Shown here: piece by piece, positions 63,569 to 64,000 of the stretch | Layout of the letters: every line of letters begins with the position of its first letter | How positions within the stretch are numbered: the stretch's first letter is position 1 | Assembly (NCBI GenBank): GCA_046563655.1 | Contig: CM102286.1 | Span: 14,446,001-14,510,000, forward strand | Direction of reading: 5' to 3' | DNA length: 64,000 nucleotides | Source of the DNA: Yuukianura sp. NJ FZ-2021 | Lineage: Eukaryota | Position numbers and translations under genes: made by a program | Notes under the pieces: generated by a model | What the model was told of the DNA's origin: nothing | The model's database searches: none | Seen by the model: the letters and a program-made list of their open reading frames with translations, nothing else

Positions 63569-64000
63569 TCAAATCCACTTCATGTCCGTCAGGAACTTGT
63601 GAATGTTGGTCCAGTCGTCCGTTGCTACGGTGATTGGACACTCCCGATGGGGTGACTGGATAAACGCAGTTTTGTACGCAAGGTAGTCCCATGGCTCTAG
63701 GTTTAGTTCGAGGCAGAGCTGTTTTCAAAAAGTTGAAAATTGAAATTTCAAAATTTTGAAAATTAGTTTTCGAAAATGTTGACCTGTATTTCTGGCTGCG
63801 TGAGGAGCCAGACTGCGGGTTTGTTCTCAATGTCAGCAGTAAATGGGGCGTCCGAATCCCTTGGTCCTTCGTCCCTTAGCTGGCAGAAGTCTCCCGGGTT
63901 TTTGTTTTCCGTTGGCAGTCGAAATGTAGGCGGAGCGAATGGCGATACCACGCAGTTTGAGTTGGTATCGTCGCATGAGAACGGCTGGACTGTGGGACTT
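63569..64000 (-). CDS. 3' end of a transcriptional adapter 2 (ADA2/TADA2)-like gene, SWIRM domain; partial
   Basis: The exon ending ..ADIENKPAVWLLTQPEIQ (donor ~63783) splices to LCLELNLEPWDYLAYKTAFIQ..WTNIHKFLTDMKWI*. This matches the ADA2 C-terminal SWIRM pattern LL...E..LC..L.L.P..YL..K...I..FL...WI. Confidence 0.7.

Overview
This is eukaryotic genomic DNA: AT-rich, gene-dense and full of short (~50-90 nt) GT-AG introns. It is almost certainly an arthropod. The compact introns, clan-3 CYP, divergent F-box/LRR gene and plant-type oxidase are consistent with a springtail-like hexapod, but that is inference. No prokaryotic features (CRISPR, operons, rRNA) were found. Genes in order: RNase T2 (-, partial, not in the ORF track), TECPR2 (-), BIRC6/Bruce (+, ~19 kb), ATP11-like P4-ATPase (-), two tandem M14 carboxypeptidases (-), DUSP15/22-like phosphatase (+) with a nested antisense Tctex/DYNLT gene, a 151-aa acidic protein carrying a histone H3 tail mimic (-), clan-3 cytochrome P450 (-), plant-type L-gulonolactone oxidase-like flavoprotein (+), an orphan protein with a 3x repeated HF/WTCC domain (-), otubain OTUB1 (+), F-box/LRR (+) and the 3' end of an ADA2-like SWIRM gene (-). 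Introns and intergenic DNA hold several MITEs, a 130-bp tandem array, short motif arrays and a tRNA-like element. The most novel candidates are the histone-fold-less H3-tail mimic protein, the plant-type GULLO (possible horizontal transfer) and the unrecognised triple-repeat domain. Exon boundaries were read by eye, and family calls come from motif recognition, not database searches.
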